Of a stretch of DNA of 64,000 nt, positions 62,910 to 64,000 are shown piece after piece. Location: assembly GCF_000315625.1 (NCBI RefSeq), contig NW_005434653.1:601745-665744 (forward strand), given 5' to 3'. A program made the position numbers and the translations under genes. Numbering within the stretch: position 1 is the stretch's first letter; each line of letters starts with the position of its first letter. The notes under the pieces are model-generated. The model was not told where the DNA came from, made no database searches, and was given only the letters and a program-made list of their open reading frames with translations. The DNA is from Guillardia theta CCMP2712. Lineage: Eukaryota > Protista > Cryptophyta.

Positions 62910-63199
62910 GACCCTCCCCCTTCCCCACTAAGTACCCACCCCTCTACCAAGTACCCACCCCTTCCATATCATGACCACCCCTGCAAAGCCCTCTCGCTCT
63001 ATTTCGAGTGAATGACCTACCCCGGTACTCCCTAGGCCAGCAGCTGGGCCCGCCTCGGACTCAACTCTGAGGCAGACTCGACAACCTTGCTTTCTCCCAT
63101 GCTTGTGGAACCGGTCTGAACATGCAGGGGCGAGGAGGAGGAGGAGGAGGAGGAGGAGGAGGAGGAGGACGGGGGAAAGAAGCGCGAGGAAAAGGGGAA

Positions 63200-64000
63200 G
63201 GATGCGAACGAAGAAGAGGATTCGCTCATCATGGGCGAATAGCTGTTCTCAGATGCGGCAAAGGTGGTCGAGGACGAGAGCAGCTAGCTCTCGCATTTGG
63301 ACTCTCTCTCCTCGCAGTAGAGGGAGGAGTGGGAGGAAGGTGGGAGGCAGGTCGGTCAATCTCATGGAGAAACGACATCTGTTGCTGCTCTCGCCGAGGA
63401 GTTGTAGAGGAAGCACCGATTCACAGGTCACAAAGAAGCGTCTGGTTGGAGGTAGACAGGGGGCGCGAGCAAGGTGGAGGTGGAGGATTATTGCTGGACA
63501 GGAGGAGGGGCGGGGGAGACGCGGCATGCCTGGAAGGTGAAGGTCAAACCAGAGCAGATGAAGAGCCTCAACGACATGGACGCAGGTAGCGAAAGGAATG
63601 AGCGCGTGGACGCGTGGGAGCAGCATGTGTCGAAACGATTCGGACGCAAGTACTGGTTCAACAAGGTGAGGCCTCGCGTGTTGTCGGGTCGCTAAGAGCT
63701 GGTGAAGCTGACAGGAGAAACAAGATGGAAGGCTCCTCGACAAGAGGATGAGAACCCCAGGAAGAAAGCGAGAACCTCAAGCGATGAGGCCAAGGAGGAG
63801 ATGGCTCGCAACCAGTCGCTGGATCGTGAGTCGACGGTGAACGAGGAGAGCTCTTGGCTCCTGCCGTCAACCGAGCTCTTCGAGCAGTTGAATCACTACC
63901 AGAAGAAGCTGTGCTGCCATGCTCGCGCCTCGAGCTTCGCTGACTTGCTCCTGTCAGGCGAGGGGAGGGCATCACCGAGACCAACCAGACAGGTGCGTCC
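63200..64000 (+). CDS. WW-domain protein, start uncertain, runs off the window
   Basis: AWEQHVSKRFGRKYWFNK|LTGETRWKAP across a short intron. Confidence 0.75.

Noticed and set aside
1-64000. tRNA, rRNA, snRNA or SL RNA genes
   Set aside because: None recognisable by eye; a tRNAscan/Infernal run is needed to exclude them.

Overview
Eukaryotic nuclear DNA with high gene density, many short (~45-70 nt) spliceosomal introns and abundant microsatellites. The gene set (RWP-RK factor, ejectisin-like peptide) and architecture suggest a cryptophyte alga of the Guillardia type; this is an inference. About 17 protein genes can be read: PKD2-type channel, RWP-RK TF, STRAP WD40, a 56-aa ejectisome-like peptide missed by the ORF track, twin CAF16-like ABC ATPase, DNA polymerase theta, CW-zinc-finger protein, EF-hand/coiled-coil protein, thioredoxin, alpha-kinase, MAP3K, Tudor-like protein, aldo-keto reductase, M1 aminopeptidase, sulfotransferase-like and WW-domain proteins, plus one unknown. 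A ~9.4-kb scrambled array of a CRE-clade (RLE) non-LTR retrotransposon lies at 42.9-52.3 kb, and a diverged sister remnant lies at 7.7-8.7 kb. Most striking observation: the retroelement copies differ by 3-9-nt insertions that are inverted copies of the adjacent bases around a single C (template on the left) or G (template on the right). Nearby intergenic GC-rich islands are dense in the same odd-length palindromes. This points to an iterated hairpin-footprint mutagenesis acting on repeats and intergenic DNA. Most long ORFs in the supplied track are antisense or microsatellite artefacts. Exon boundaries were read by eye and are approximate unless stated.
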